IMG/VR virus record: IMGVR_UViG_3300021364_000006
Direction: 5' to 3' (one strand)
DNA from: a virus
Length of the DNA stretch: 64,000 nucleotides
The position numbers and the translations under genes are program-made. This document shows positions 16,901-26,234 of this stretch, piece after piece. The notes below the pieces were generated by a model. The model was not told the origin of the DNA. It saw only the letters and a program-made list of their open reading frames with translations, and did not search any database. Within the stretch, counting starts at the first letter, position 1, and the number at the start of each line of letters is the position of its first letter.

Positions 16901-17362
16901 TTAAAGCTCTTTATGGTTATCTTTAATATCTACTTTAAAGATATCCTCTAAAGATTTTTTCTTTTCGGATATTGATCCTAGAAATCCCATCTTCCTGGTT
17001 ACATTCTTTTCAGCTTCTGATTTGAGATCGTATTGATCATCATCCTGTTGCATCTTGAATTCGTTTCTTGACTCATTAAAGTCAGTATACATTTCGATGA
17101 TGTCAATATCATCAATCTCTGTCATTGTTATGACTTTTGATAACCGAATGAAGAAAATATCTTCGGTAGTCATCTTCATCCAAGGTTCAATTTTTATCTG
17201 TGAAATGTTTCCATGAGTTGTATAGTTTATAATGATCGGTTCCTGTAGAACAATTAGAGGATCACTTGGATCTGAATCATCGACCATTATTAAAGATACA
17301 ACTTCTTCACCAGAGACTAGTTTTAAGGAACAGTAAAATTCTTTTTCTAGATCTGAATTCAT
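16901..17362 (-). CDS. conserved hypothetical protein (Sm-like) downstream of uvsW
   Basis: LKLVSGEEVVS...EP...PWM...ITMTE; C-terminal MGFLGS...K.SLE.IF. Confidence 0.75.
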   Translation of the reverse strand: MNSDLEKEFYCSLKLVSGEEVVSLIMVDDSDPSDPLIVLQEPIIINYTTHGNISQIKIEPWMKMTTEDIFFIRLSKVITMTEIDDIDIIEMYTDFNESRNEFKMQQDDDQYDLKSEAEKNVTRKMGFLGSISEKKKSLEDIFKVDIKDNHKEL

Positions 17363-18822
17363 TGAGATAACGCGACGTTTATTACTTCATAGTTAAATTT
17401 TTCTTCTTTATATATTTTGATTCTTTCTACTAAATGATTAAGAGTGTAATTTCTTCTTTTGTTGAAAGTTATATCATCTGCAATGTCAAAGAGGGTAGCT
17501 TTACTTTTATTGTCACTCTTTCTAAGTACTCTTCCAATTGATTGAAGATTCCTTACTCTTGATTTTGATGGCGATGCAAATATAACGTTATGGAGATTTT
17601 TAATATTGATTCCTGTTGAGAAAGTTCCGTAAGATGCAACAATAATTGCGTCAGATTCTTGCTCTGTGATTTTACGTATCCTCTCTCTGTCCTCAGTTTC
17701 TACTCCACCATAGACAAAGAATACTTTTCTATTATCTTTGACGGAATTATTTATTAAATCAAATAATGGTTCACCATGAGTTTCTACTCTGGTAAACAAC
17801 ACCAAAGTATTACCTTTTTGGACCAAAGTTAGATTTTTAATGAAGTTATTCCTTTGTGGATTATCACAAAGGTATCTTATCTCTTCTTGATAGTTATCAA
17901 ATATTCTAGGTTTATGTTGCAATCTAATAATCTTTACGTCAAGATCTGATAGATGTTTATTCTTGATCAGTTCTTTTGTTTTGATCGTTGAATATGATGG
18001 ACCGAACAGGCCTTCTAAAATCCATTTGTGAGTTTGACTACCATCAAGTGTTCCTGTAAATCCAAATCTGTATTTGGCATCAGCAAGTTTTGTCATGATG
18101 TTGACTAGAGATTTAGATTTGAATAGATGAGCCTCATCACCAACTACAACTTCAAATCTCTCAAAGTATTTTCTTTCAAGTTTGTAGATAGATTGCCAAG
18201 TGGTAATAATAACTTGATTCTTAGTTTCTCTTTCTCTACCACCATAAATTTTGTGGCAATAAGATCCAACATCCCATCCATAGTCTGCAAAGTCCTTATA
18301 CATCTGTTCCACAAGAGATGTGGTTGGAACGATGATTAGTGTATCTTTGCCTTGCTCAACGTAATATCTAACTACTGAATAAATCATCAATGATTTGCCA
18401 GATCCAGTTGGGGATACAATGAGTCTTCTATTGCACTTCAGAGCGTCGTAGACCGCTTGAATCTGGTAGTCTCTAGGTTTGTGTACCGAGATCTTCGTCA
18501 TATAGTCTTTGACGCCCTCGTAGGAGATCATCTGATTTAGATCAATCGGATGACCGTAATATTTGTTATCTTCAAATTCGTACTTATATCCGTGATCGTC
18601 ACAAAATCTCAGCAGCTTATCCAAGAGACCAATGTAGATCTCTCCTGTCTGAATATTGAACAATCGGATTTTTCCGTCCCACCATCTGTTTCGATATTGG
18701 GGCATATACTTTGCCCCCTCAACATCAAAAGTAAATTGATCAGATAGTTCGTGTTTAATGTGTGGTTCAGTCTTTATCCTAAGAAAGACTTCGTTCTTCT
18801 TAGAAATAATCAAATCAGACAT
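17359..18822 (-). CDS. uvsW: SF2 helicase UvsW
   Basis: WDGKIRLF, PRDYQ, SPTGSGKS, GDEAH, TGT, QSIGRVLR. Confidence 0.97.
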   Translation of the reverse strand: MSDLIISKKNEVFLRIKTEPHIKHELSDQFTFDVEGAKYMPQYRNRWWDGKIRLFNIQTGEIYIGLLDKLLRFCDDHGYKYEFEDNKYYGHPIDLNQMISYEGVKDYMTKISVHKPRDYQIQAVYDALKCNRRLIVSPTGSGKSLMIYSVVRYYVEQGKDTLIIVPTTSLVEQMYKDFADYGWDVGSYCHKIYGGRERETKNQVIITTWQSIYKLERKYFERFEVVVGDEAHLFKSKSLVNIMTKLADAKYRFGFTGTLDGSQTHKWILEGLFGPSYSTIKTKELIKNKHLSDLDVKIIRLQHKPRIFDNYQEEIRYLCDNPQRNNFIKNLTLVQKGNTLVLFTRVETHGEPLFDLINNSVKDNRKVFFVYGGVETEDRERIRKITEQESDAIIVASYGTFSTGINIKNLHNVIFASPSKSRVRNLQSIGRVLRKSDNKSKATLFDIADDITFNKRRNYTLNHLVERIKIYKEEKFNYEVINVALSQ

Positions 18823-18847
18823 ATATTAAAGGATTCACCTAAAATAT

Positions 18848-19060
18848 TTAGTCGTCTACTTGAAACTTATATTCTAAAACCATTCTATAAAAGAAATCCT
18901 TAAGCATTACCAATCTTTCTTGCTCGTAAGGATCTCCTCCAGGCCATTTCTCCAAATGAAAGCAAATTGACTTATATACAGAATACGTATCTGTAATGTC
19001 TAATTCTAGAGACACAAATGGTAAATCGTCTTGCCAATTACTATCGTAGTTTTTATCCAT
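18848..19060 (-). CDS. hypothetical protein
   Basis: Likely start MDKNYD overlapping the uvsY stop; KWPGGDP.EQE.L motif. Confidence 0.7.
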   Translation of the reverse strand: MDKNYDSNWQDDLPFVSLELDITDTYSVYKSICFHLEKWPGGDPYEQERLVMLKDFFYRMVLEYKFQVDD

Positions 19061-19488
19061 TACATACCTGCTTGAAACTTCATCCAATCGATTGCATTTT
19101 TGATTGCATAATTTCTATTCGATAAAGACTTGATGATTTCTTCCAAATAACGAAGCATTGTATCATAGTATTTAATCTTTAGATCAACTTGACTTACTTT
19201 TCCGTCAGCAGACATATATCTTGTCAGTGCTTCTTTATCTCTAACTTTGTACGGAAAAGGTTCTTCTTCATATACATCTGGATCAGCCTTTCCAGTGTAA
19301 AAGACATGTCTCTCCAGATAAACTCTATTATATGTTTCTTTAGCCCTCTCCCTTAGCAGTAAAGTTGTATTGTACAGTTCATAATATTTCGCATGAAGTT
19401 GTGAAGTTTTCAGTGATTCATTTGCTAAATCGTCTTTGTCGATTTCAGAATCACGAGTCCACATCTTCTGGATGTCATCAAGATTCAT
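19060..19488 (-). CDS. uvsY: recombination mediator UvsY
   Basis: DSEID...LHAKY...R.YAIKNAIDWMKF.AG. Confidence 0.92.
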   Translation of the reverse strand: MNLDDIQKMWTRDSEIDKDDLANESLKTSQLHAKYYELYNTTLLLRERAKETYNRVYLERHVFYTGKADPDVYEEEPFPYKVRDKEALTRYMSADGKVSQVDLKIKYYDTMLRYLEEIIKSLSNRNYAIKNAIDWMKFQAGM

Positions 19489-20033
19489 AAATTAGTTCCA
19501 CGTAAATTAGTCACTTCATATAGAGTATACTTGAAAACCACCTGAGCTGTAAAGTATTCCTCACTCTGTAGTTTACTATCAAATTCAAGTCCCGTCAAAC
19601 TGACTGGAAATAGGTCTTGGAAATTAATTTTAAAATTAGGTTTGAAATTGCTGTTTAGAACAACTAGAGTTCCATCCGAAAACTGTTCTTGTGGATCTCT
19701 GAGACCATCAGAATCTGTTGTAAGATCTTTAAACTGCTGAGGAGTTTTTGGAAATCCAAGTCCAGTCATCCAGTTGTGGACAGCCATATAGTTTTCAAAA
19801 TCTTCATCTACGAGAAATGACATCGTAAAATCAGAATATTGTAATTGATCTCCAGGAACATCAATATTCTTTAGATATGATGGTTGAACTGCAGTATTCA
19901 GAGAGATTTCAGGAATATTTGCAGTCTGGCAAAAGAAATTTATCTTTGGATTCTTTTCAATGGTAAACTCAAAACCACCAGGAGTCAAAAAATTCCTATT
20001 CTGAATCTGATTTCTATATTGTGATACGGTCAT
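19485..20033 (-). CDS. gp3: tail tube terminator / completion protein
   Basis: NFLTPGGFEF, PGDQLQY, FLVDEDFENY, FPVSL; position after gp23. Confidence 0.88.
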   Translation of the reverse strand: MTVSQYRNQIQNRNFLTPGGFEFTIEKNPKINFFCQTANIPEISLNTAVQPSYLKNIDVPGDQLQYSDFTMSFLVDEDFENYMAVHNWMTGLGFPKTPQQFKDLTTDSDGLRDPQEQFSDGTLVVLNSNFKPNFKINFQDLFPVSLTGLEFDSKLQSEEYFTAQVVFKYTLYEVTNLRGTNL

Positions 20034-20051
20034 TAGGAGTTTTATTTGTAT

Positions 20052-20201
20052 TTAGACAGAAATAGACATAAAAGAAGCGCCCCCATTTTGGAGACGCTTT
20101 TTGAGTGCTTGACGACGAGCCTTTGCTTGTCGCAATGCTTGAGGTTTGAGTTTTCTTTTTTGATCCTTTTTGGAATGGTGTTGCCAGTTAGGTGTGTTCA
20201 T
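20052..20201 (-). CDS. small very basic protein (49 aa)
   Basis: MNTPNWQHHSKKDQKRKLKPQALRQAKARRQALKKRL...; extended -10 TGCTATACT immediately upstream. Confidence 0.6.
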   Translation of the reverse strand: MNTPNWQHHSKKDQKRKLKPQALRQAKARRQALKKRLQNGGASFMSISV

Positions 20202-20217
20202 GATCTCAGTATAGCAT

Positions 20218-20242
20218 AAAAAAAGGGACCCGAAGGTCCCTT
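20218..20242 (-). terminator. gp23 terminator with C(UUCG)G loop
   Basis: AAGGGACC-TTCG-GGTCCC followed by T7. Confidence 0.92.
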
Positions 20243-20260
20243 GAAATATGTGAACCGATA

Positions 20261-21682
20261 TCACATGAGGTTTTTGACGGAAACGCGACGATAGTAGCGG
20301 TTGGTGCCAGCCTTGATAGCGCCGACAGCAGCAGTAGTGCCTTCAGCGAAGGGATTAGCGACCATGCCGTAGCGAGTCTTGAATCCGATCTTGGGCTGGA
20401 AGGTGTCCTGACCAACGGCACGGACCATCTGGAGAGGTACGTAGGGGCAGTAGAATAGACCAGCGTCATAAGGTGAGGAACCCTTATAACCAACAACGTA
20501 GTACTGGAGTGCAGAGTTGTTGGAAGCGAAGGGATCGATGTAGACGCGATACTTACCGTTGATAGTACCAGCAAAGGTGTTGCCAGCGTCGTCAACGTTA
20601 AGGTTGGCGTTAAGGGCAGGGGTGTAATCAAGTACACCAGCCATGGTTAGAGCAGAAGCAACATCAGCGGAAGTTAGGATGATGTTACCCTTTCCACGAC
20701 GAGTTCTTTGTGCGATCTGGTTGGCATCGCGCTCGATCTGGAATAGTAGACCCTTGAACTTCTCAACGCTCCAGCGACCGTTAGAGTCGATGTCTAGGTC
20801 AAACTGACCAGCGGTAGCAGTGTTGAGTTGAGCACCAGCCTCAGCAGACTTGTAGATGGTTCTGATAACTTCGCGGTTGATCTCAGCCATGATCTCAGTG
20901 GAGAGAATGTTGGCGAGTTCAGCCTCGGCGTTTAGACCATGGATTGCCTTGAGGTCTTGTGCTAGTTCTAGGGAGTACTCTGCTTTGAGTGCTCTGGACT
21001 TAGCGGTTACAGTGACTTTCTCGATTGAGAATGCCATCTGGTTGAAGTCGGTTGATCCGTCGCCTAGGGCTTCAGAATCAGTGACATCCATACCCTGACC
21101 TACGCTGTAGGTGCTGGGAGCAGCGTTAGGATCGAGAACGCCAGGATTGGAACCACGCTGTAAGGTAGTACCGAAACCAACGCTACCGCCGCTGTCAGAA
21201 CCGCCAGTGTAGTCGCCCTGAGTGGCGGCATAGTTGGAGGTCTGAGCGGAGAATGCGGAATCGGGCTCGTTGAATAGAGCTTCGGTTCCAGTCATGTTCT
21301 CATAGCGAGAACGCATTGCGAAGATTAGTCCAGTAGGACCGTTCATGGGCTGCACACCAGCGAGGTCATAAGCGACCAAGTTGGGCATGGAGCGACGGAT
21401 GAGGCTGATTAGTACGGGATCGAAACCACCAGTGGGTGAACCGCTGTCAGTGCCGCTAGTACCGCTGAATCTTCCACCACCACCAGTAGAGAAGGAGTTG
21501 GTAGGGGTTGCTTCAGATAGATCGTAACCTTCAGAGAAAGCACGCTCTTCGTTTAGAAAACGCTCTTGGTTTTCAAGGAGTTGGGCGGTGACTGCACGAC
21601 GGTGGTTGTCCTTAATGGAATCGCAACCTTCGTAGTCTAGAAGTGGAGCCCACTTCTCCATTAGTTGGGGATTGTTGTACAT
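20261..21682 (-). CDS. gp23: major capsid protein
   Basis: KWAPLL, GVQPMNGPTGLIFAMR, KSRALKAEY, FYCPYVPL, FQPKIGFKTRYG. Confidence 0.99.
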   Translation of the reverse strand: MYNNPQLMEKWAPLLDYEGCDSIKDNHRRAVTAQLLENQERFLNEERAFSEGYDLSEATPTNSFSTGGGGRFSGTSGTDSGSPTGGFDPVLISLIRRSMPNLVAYDLAGVQPMNGPTGLIFAMRSRYENMTGTEALFNEPDSAFSAQTSNYAATQGDYTGGSDSGGSVGFGTTLQRGSNPGVLDPNAAPSTYSVGQGMDVTDSEALGDGSTDFNQMAFSIEKVTVTAKSRALKAEYSLELAQDLKAIHGLNAEAELANILSTEIMAEINREVIRTIYKSAEAGAQLNTATAGQFDLDIDSNGRWSVEKFKGLLFQIERDANQIAQRTRRGKGNIILTSADVASALTMAGVLDYTPALNANLNVDDAGNTFAGTINGKYRVYIDPFASNNSALQYYVVGYKGSSPYDAGLFYCPYVPLQMVRAVGQDTFQPKIGFKTRYGMVANPFAEGTTAAVGAIKAGTNRYYRRVSVKNLM

Positions 21683-21730
21683 TTCTTGGGAGTTAGTTTA
21701 AGGTTTTACAAAAATGATCTATGTTAACGA

Positions 21731-22690
21731 TCACTTAATTCTGGAGAGAGTATCTAAGTAGCGAGACATTGAACCAGTATAGTCTGGACCACTGCCTACA
21801 CCCTCAGATAGTGTTTCTGAAGTGTCAGCAACGACACCTTCTGTTGGGAAGTATGACTCTCTTAGAGTCGTTAACTTTTCACGGTAAGATTCTTCACCCT
21901 CAAACTCAACACCTTCTGCTAGAGAAGCGAGTTTCTCCTTCTGTGTTAGTGCAAGACCTTCGGAAACGGATGCGAAGATACCTTCAGCAGTGGTTTCTCC
22001 AAGTCTGCGGTTCAGTTGGATATTTCTCTCGATTTGCTCGTTGAGCTTGGTCTCCATGTCATCAAGTTTTTCTACCATATTCTCAACAACATCATATTTA
22101 TCTTCAGGGATGGATACATAATGATCTTCAAAAAGACTCTTCATTCCTTCGAGGAATGATTCGGTCATCTCAGTCTTCAGACCTTGCTCGATCTGAAGTG
22201 CATTTTCTTCGACCCATTCTTGAGCAACATACTCAAGATATGCATCGACTCTTTCAACTAGTTCGGACTTCATGCCTTCTAGTTGTTCTGTAAGAGCTGC
22301 TTCTGATTCTTCAGCGATTTTTGCTTTAGCTTGCTCTACACGCATGTGTACAGCAGCTTCAAAAACAGTCTTTGCTTTTTCTTGGAACTCTTCGGAGAGT
22401 TCTTCGCCAGCGAATAGAGCAGCAACGTCCTCTTCGACGCTGACTTCTTCGATGGTTTCTTCTTGGGTTTCTACTTCTTCTTTGGCAGTTGCGCCTTTAG
22501 CAGTAGGAACGGGTGCTCTACCTAAAGATGCACCAGGATCTTTTAGTTTTGCAGAATCGTCGTCGGGTCTGTAGTTCTCGGGGGTAGGACCACCAAGATC
22601 TTCGACCTGAGCACCACCAGCGACCATAGGATCACCAGCAGCCGCGCCTTTTTTCACGACGTTTTCCATTTCTTGTAAATTAGCGGACAT
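21731..22690 (-). CDS. gp22: prohead core scaffold protein
   Basis: LSEEFQEKAKTVFEAAV, VDAYLEYV..EW; acidic coiled coil between gp21 and gp23. Confidence 0.93.
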   Translation of the reverse strand: MSANLQEMENVVKKGAAAGDPMVAGGAQVEDLGGPTPENYRPDDDSAKLKDPGASLGRAPVPTAKGATAKEEVETQEETIEEVSVEEDVAALFAGEELSEEFQEKAKTVFEAAVHMRVEQAKAKIAEESEAALTEQLEGMKSELVERVDAYLEYVAQEWVEENALQIEQGLKTEMTESFLEGMKSLFEDHYVSIPEDKYDVVENMVEKLDDMETKLNEQIERNIQLNRRLGETTAEGIFASVSEGLALTQKEKLASLAEGVEFEGEESYREKLTTLRESYFPTEGVVADTSETLSEGVGSGPDYTGSMSRYLDTLSRIK

Positions 22691-22733
22691 TTGAACTCTC
22701 CGAATGTTAGATCTATTTGTGAAAATCTATACT

Positions 22734-22741
22734 TATTTATA
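22734..22741 (-). promoter_or_regulatory. late promoter TATAAATA (gp22-gp23)
   Basis: Perfect T4 late consensus in an intergenic gap. Confidence 0.85.
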
Positions 22742-22743
22742 AT

Positions 22744-23394
22744 TTATAGATTTGATAAGAAGTTTTGGAATAAGTTTAACTTATTCTCCTCTAGTTTATT
22801 TTGATCAACTAAGGTGTTAATCTTTTTATATGTTTTTTCTGCAAGTCTTTCGCGGAGAATGCCTCCATCCCAGACCCACTCTTTACCTTCCATGATGCCA
22901 TCAACGAAAGCATCAGGTGCGGAGGGATCTGCTACAATATCAGCTGCAGTTGCTAGAGAGAAATCATCATTAACCATACTATAGCCTTCTCTGGTTGGAG
23001 AAAGTGTTCCAACACCACGGGAAGATACACCAAGTTTCACTCCATCATTGAGGAGAGATTCTGCAATTTTACCCATTGGGGTTGAGAGGATTTTAGCCTT
23101 TCCAATAAAGTTATCACCCTCTCTTTGGAGTGAAACAATTTTATGAGAAACTCTGTCAAGGTTAATAGAAGGACCATCAGGATGGCCTAGTTCTCCTAGG
23201 GCACGACCTTTATTAACAAAATTTTCATTGTAACGCTTTACTTCTCTTTCAAGAAGACCAGCGTCATACATTCTTTTGTTTCTATTGGCAATGTTGCCCT
23301 GAAGGAAAACCCCTTCAATGTAGAGATTCTTTTTACCGTTGCGTTGCTCAACGATAATCTCTACCTGTTCGATTTCTTCTCTGATGAGTTTCAT
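22744..23394 (-). CDS. gp21: prohead protease
   Basis: LYIEGVFLQ, ALGELGHP, GVSSRG, DIVADPSAPDA. Confidence 0.97.
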   Translation of the reverse strand: MKLIREEIEQVEIIVEQRNGKKNLYIEGVFLQGNIANRNKRMYDAGLLEREVKRYNENFVNKGRALGELGHPDGPSINLDRVSHKIVSLQREGDNFIGKAKILSTPMGKIAESLLNDGVKLGVSSRGVGTLSPTREGYSMVNDDFSLATAADIVADPSAPDAFVDGIMEGKEWVWDGGILRERLAEKTYKKINTLVDQNKLEENKLNLFQNFLSNL

Positions 23395-23398
23395 TTTT

Positions 23399-23665
23399 TT
23401 AAACGGTAAATCCTACTTTGGTTGCCTTTACATCTGAAGAACCAGCAAGGATCATGTCTTTATGCTTCTTCTCAATGTATTCAACAGTGCCTGTTGGCAT
23501 AGTCATAGAACCAATTCCTTGATAATTTTCATCAAGAATGGTAATTAACTGAGCTGCTGCATTGCTGTTGTAAAGGCGAACAACAGTAGCTGCACTAAAA
23601 CTAGATGCTGTTCCAACAGTAGTTGGGCAGTTTGTTTGTGGTCCTAGGACAAGTGATCTTGCCAT
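23399..23665 (-). CDS. small hypothetical protein, probably virion-associated
   Basis: 88 aa in the head cluster; similar to 30806..31096. Confidence 0.7.
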   Translation of the reverse strand: MARSLVLGPQTNCPTTVGTASSFSAATVVRLYNSNAAAQLITILDENYQGIGSMTMPTGTVEYIEKKHKDMILAGSSDVKATKVGFTV

Positions 23666-23871
23666 TATTCGTCTCCTGATTCAGGCTCAACTTCAACTTC
23701 AGTTTCACCTTCAGCATCTTGAACACCCTCGTCTCCGAAGAGTGAAGCCGCTGCATATGGACGTAGGGTATCAATTTTTGATGCTGCTTTTCCATAAAGC
23801 GCATCTTTGATACCATCACTAACATCTGCCGCACTGGCTCCGCTAGCAATTAAATCAACAATATCTTCCAT
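23665..23871 (-). CDS. small acidic prohead core-like protein (gp67 position)
   Basis: 68 aa directly after the portal gene; late promoter upstream. Confidence 0.65.
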   Translation of the reverse strand: MEDIVDLIASGASAADVSDGIKDALYGKAASKIDTLRPYAAASLFGDEGVQDAEGETEVEVEPESGDE

Positions 23872-23898
23872 GAAATAAAGAAATTAGTAACTAGAAAG

Positions 23899-23906
23899 TA
23901 TTTATT
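23899..23906 (-). promoter_or_regulatory. late promoter AATAAATA
   Basis: Intergenic, just after the gp20 stop. Confidence 0.65.
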
Positions 23907-23909
23907 ACC

Positions 23910-25583
23910 TTAGATTGCTCCACCTTCCAAATCAACTGGATCGGTAACTTCAGTTGAACTTGCATCAATATCCATATCCATTGGTGTAGCTCCCATCATA
24001 TTTGGATCTTCAATGGGATTTCCATTCTCATCAGTGGGAACATTTGGATCTGGTAAGATGCCTTTTTTAATTTCATCTTCAATCTGAGCATCAATTTCAA
24101 GAATCTCTTCATCAGTTTGGCGAAGAACTTTTCTGCGGAGATACTCAACAGAATAGTATTTGCCAAGATAAGGTTCTGATAGTTGTGCAAGACTCAATCT
24201 TCCTTCAAGAAGTTCTTTCTCTTTGAGCTCTGCAAAATGATTATCATACATATAATCAAATTGAATATGCTCAGCCAGTTTTGTCCAATCTTCTGGTGTG
24301 CAAATATTCTTGAGAAGACATTGAGTTCTCAGCATATCAACAAACAAATTGCTGAAACGCTTTCTTAGACGACCAACAAATTTAGAAAACTTGAGTTCGT
24401 CACGTAAAATTTCGGAGGAACGACCTAGATTGAAACCACCTTCTGCACCAATTCTAGATTCTGGTACACCCAATGATCTATAAAGTTTCTTTTGGAAGTA
24501 AGAAACATCACTAAGTTCTCCAAGGTTTTGTCCACCAGGAAGAGTAGAAATTTCAGTTCCACGACCACCTTCACGTCTGGGGAGCCAGAAATCTTCCAGC
24601 ATAGACATGAACTTCTTATCGTCGCGAACTTCGCCAGTGCTTGCATCGTAAACTAGTTTGTTACGATAGCGGTTCATTACATCTTTTAGATATTGTTCCG
24701 CCTTTACTTTTGGTAGATTGCCAACATCAATGTAGAAAATTCTACGCTCAGGAGCTCTTGATAGTCTATAGATGACGAGAGAGTCTTCAATCATTCTGAG
24801 TTGATTGAGAGACTTGATTGCTTTGTGTAGATATGAGAGAACTACACCTTTATTTCTATCTACAAGACCAGAGGTGCAGTATGTGATAGAATCTTTTGAA
24901 AATTTGATTCCTTTTACACCACTGTATCTATCACCCATACCACCAGCATAGGTTGGTTTGGGTGTATACATGAAGTATTCTTCAATTTCTGGGAACTGAA
25001 CTACTTCTTTTTGTTGAGTTCCGTTTGGTTGTCTAAAGATAGCACTACCATTTCGTCCGTCTTGATCTTTTTTCTTTTCTTCACGGACATACCTCATTTT
25101 AAGAGGATCGATATATCTTAACTCTTTAATCCCTTCATGGGGTTTTTTGATATCGATTACTTTATGGTAATATAATCTTCCGTCAATATACCAGTTTCTG
25201 AAAATCTCATGAGATTTAGCATCAAAATTCATCAAGTCTTTGATGTTTTTGAACTCATCTCTAATTTTTTTCTTAATGCCATCGCTAGCTGGCAGATTAT
25301 CAAGATTGATAGTAACGGGAGTATCATTTAGATCACTGACAATTGCTTCATTTACAACATCTTCGATAGCTGTGTCTGCTTCTGGATGAAGAGACATCTC
25401 CCTATATCTTTTTACTAATTCAAATTCTGATTTATATACACCTTCAAGGTCTAGATATTGACCATAAAAATTACTAGCAATATAATGGTCAACCCCGTCC
25501 TCATTATTTTGAGGAACGGGGGACACTATACTTTTAGATTTCTTCTCGTTATCTTCAATAGAGAATCCAAAAAGTCTCGCCAT
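23910..25583 (-). CDS. gp20: portal vertex protein
   Basis: LFGFSI, WYIDGR, IYRLSRAPERRIFYIDVGNLPK, EDFWLPRREGGRGTEI. Confidence 0.99.
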   Translation of the reverse strand: MARLFGFSIEDNEKKSKSIVSPVPQNNEDGVDHYIASNFYGQYLDLEGVYKSEFELVKRYREMSLHPEADTAIEDVVNEAIVSDLNDTPVTINLDNLPASDGIKKKIRDEFKNIKDLMNFDAKSHEIFRNWYIDGRLYYHKVIDIKKPHEGIKELRYIDPLKMRYVREEKKKDQDGRNGSAIFRQPNGTQQKEVVQFPEIEEYFMYTPKPTYAGGMGDRYSGVKGIKFSKDSITYCTSGLVDRNKGVVLSYLHKAIKSLNQLRMIEDSLVIYRLSRAPERRIFYIDVGNLPKVKAEQYLKDVMNRYRNKLVYDASTGEVRDDKKFMSMLEDFWLPRREGGRGTEISTLPGGQNLGELSDVSYFQKKLYRSLGVPESRIGAEGGFNLGRSSEILRDELKFSKFVGRLRKRFSNLFVDMLRTQCLLKNICTPEDWTKLAEHIQFDYMYDNHFAELKEKELLEGRLSLAQLSEPYLGKYYSVEYLRRKVLRQTDEEILEIDAQIEDEIKKGILPDPNVPTDENGNPIEDPNMMGATPMDMDIDASSTEVTDPVDLEGGAI

Positions 25584-25610
25584 GTTATAAAGTGACTACG
25601 TTAATAAGAT

Positions 25611-25618
25611 TATTTATC
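25611..25618 (-). promoter_or_regulatory. late promoter GATAAATA
   Basis: Intergenic, upstream of gp20. Confidence 0.65.
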
Positions 25619-25622
25619 AATC

Positions 25623-26216
25623 TTATAGGATGTCACCTGCGCCAGATCCAGCATTGTTGCCATCTCTAGCAGTCCAGTATTGAACTTGTAGTTCAACAGT
25701 GAACTCCTCTAGGGTGTCAGAAGAATCATATGATAGATCAATCTGAGAGACATTTGTTGGGAAAACGTCATGGAACTTGTACTTTCTAAGCACAGATCCG
25801 TCTCTATCTAACTGATAAACAAAGGCGTCTGCTTGATAATCAGCAGGATTGACTGCACCAGTTGCGTCGGTGACGCGGTTGATGAAGTTCATCCATCTTT
25901 CAAAAGCACCTCTGATTGTGAAATCAGTGTCATTGATAACTGTGATAGTCCAGGTGTCAAACGTTCTGTCTCCAGCAATTTTGAGTAGACGACCACGGAA
26001 AGCAACATCAATAGGAGCAATGTTTGATGCAGGCAGCGCAGCTGCCTTTACCATAAATCTTGCTTCATTAACGATGTTGTTAGAGACGTTTAGTTCTCCA
26101 GGGAAAGCTAACACAACTTCAAATAAGTTGGGACGGGCCCCGCCACCCTGTAGCTTATTCTTGAAATCGGAAATAGTCCTTAAGGCGGGTTTGTTCTGTT
26201 GATTCTTGGATGCCAT
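25623..26216 (-). CDS. gp19: tail tube protein
   Basis: GGARPNLFEV, FRGR..KIAGDRTFDTWTITVIND. Confidence 0.96.
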   Translation of the reverse strand: MASKNQQNKPALRTISDFKNKLQGGGARPNLFEVVLAFPGELNVSNNIVNEARFMVKAAALPASNIAPIDVAFRGRLLKIAGDRTFDTWTITVINDTDFTIRGAFERWMNFINRVTDATGAVNPADYQADAFVYQLDRDGSVLRKYKFHDVFPTNVSQIDLSYDSSDTLEEFTVELQVQYWTARDGNNAGSGAGDIL

Positions 26217-26234
26217 TTTAGGTTAGACCTCTAA

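Noticed and set aside
20261-21682. Higher GC in gp23 as a sign of horizontal transfer
   Set aside because: Better explained by high-expression codon bias in a core gene at its usual position.
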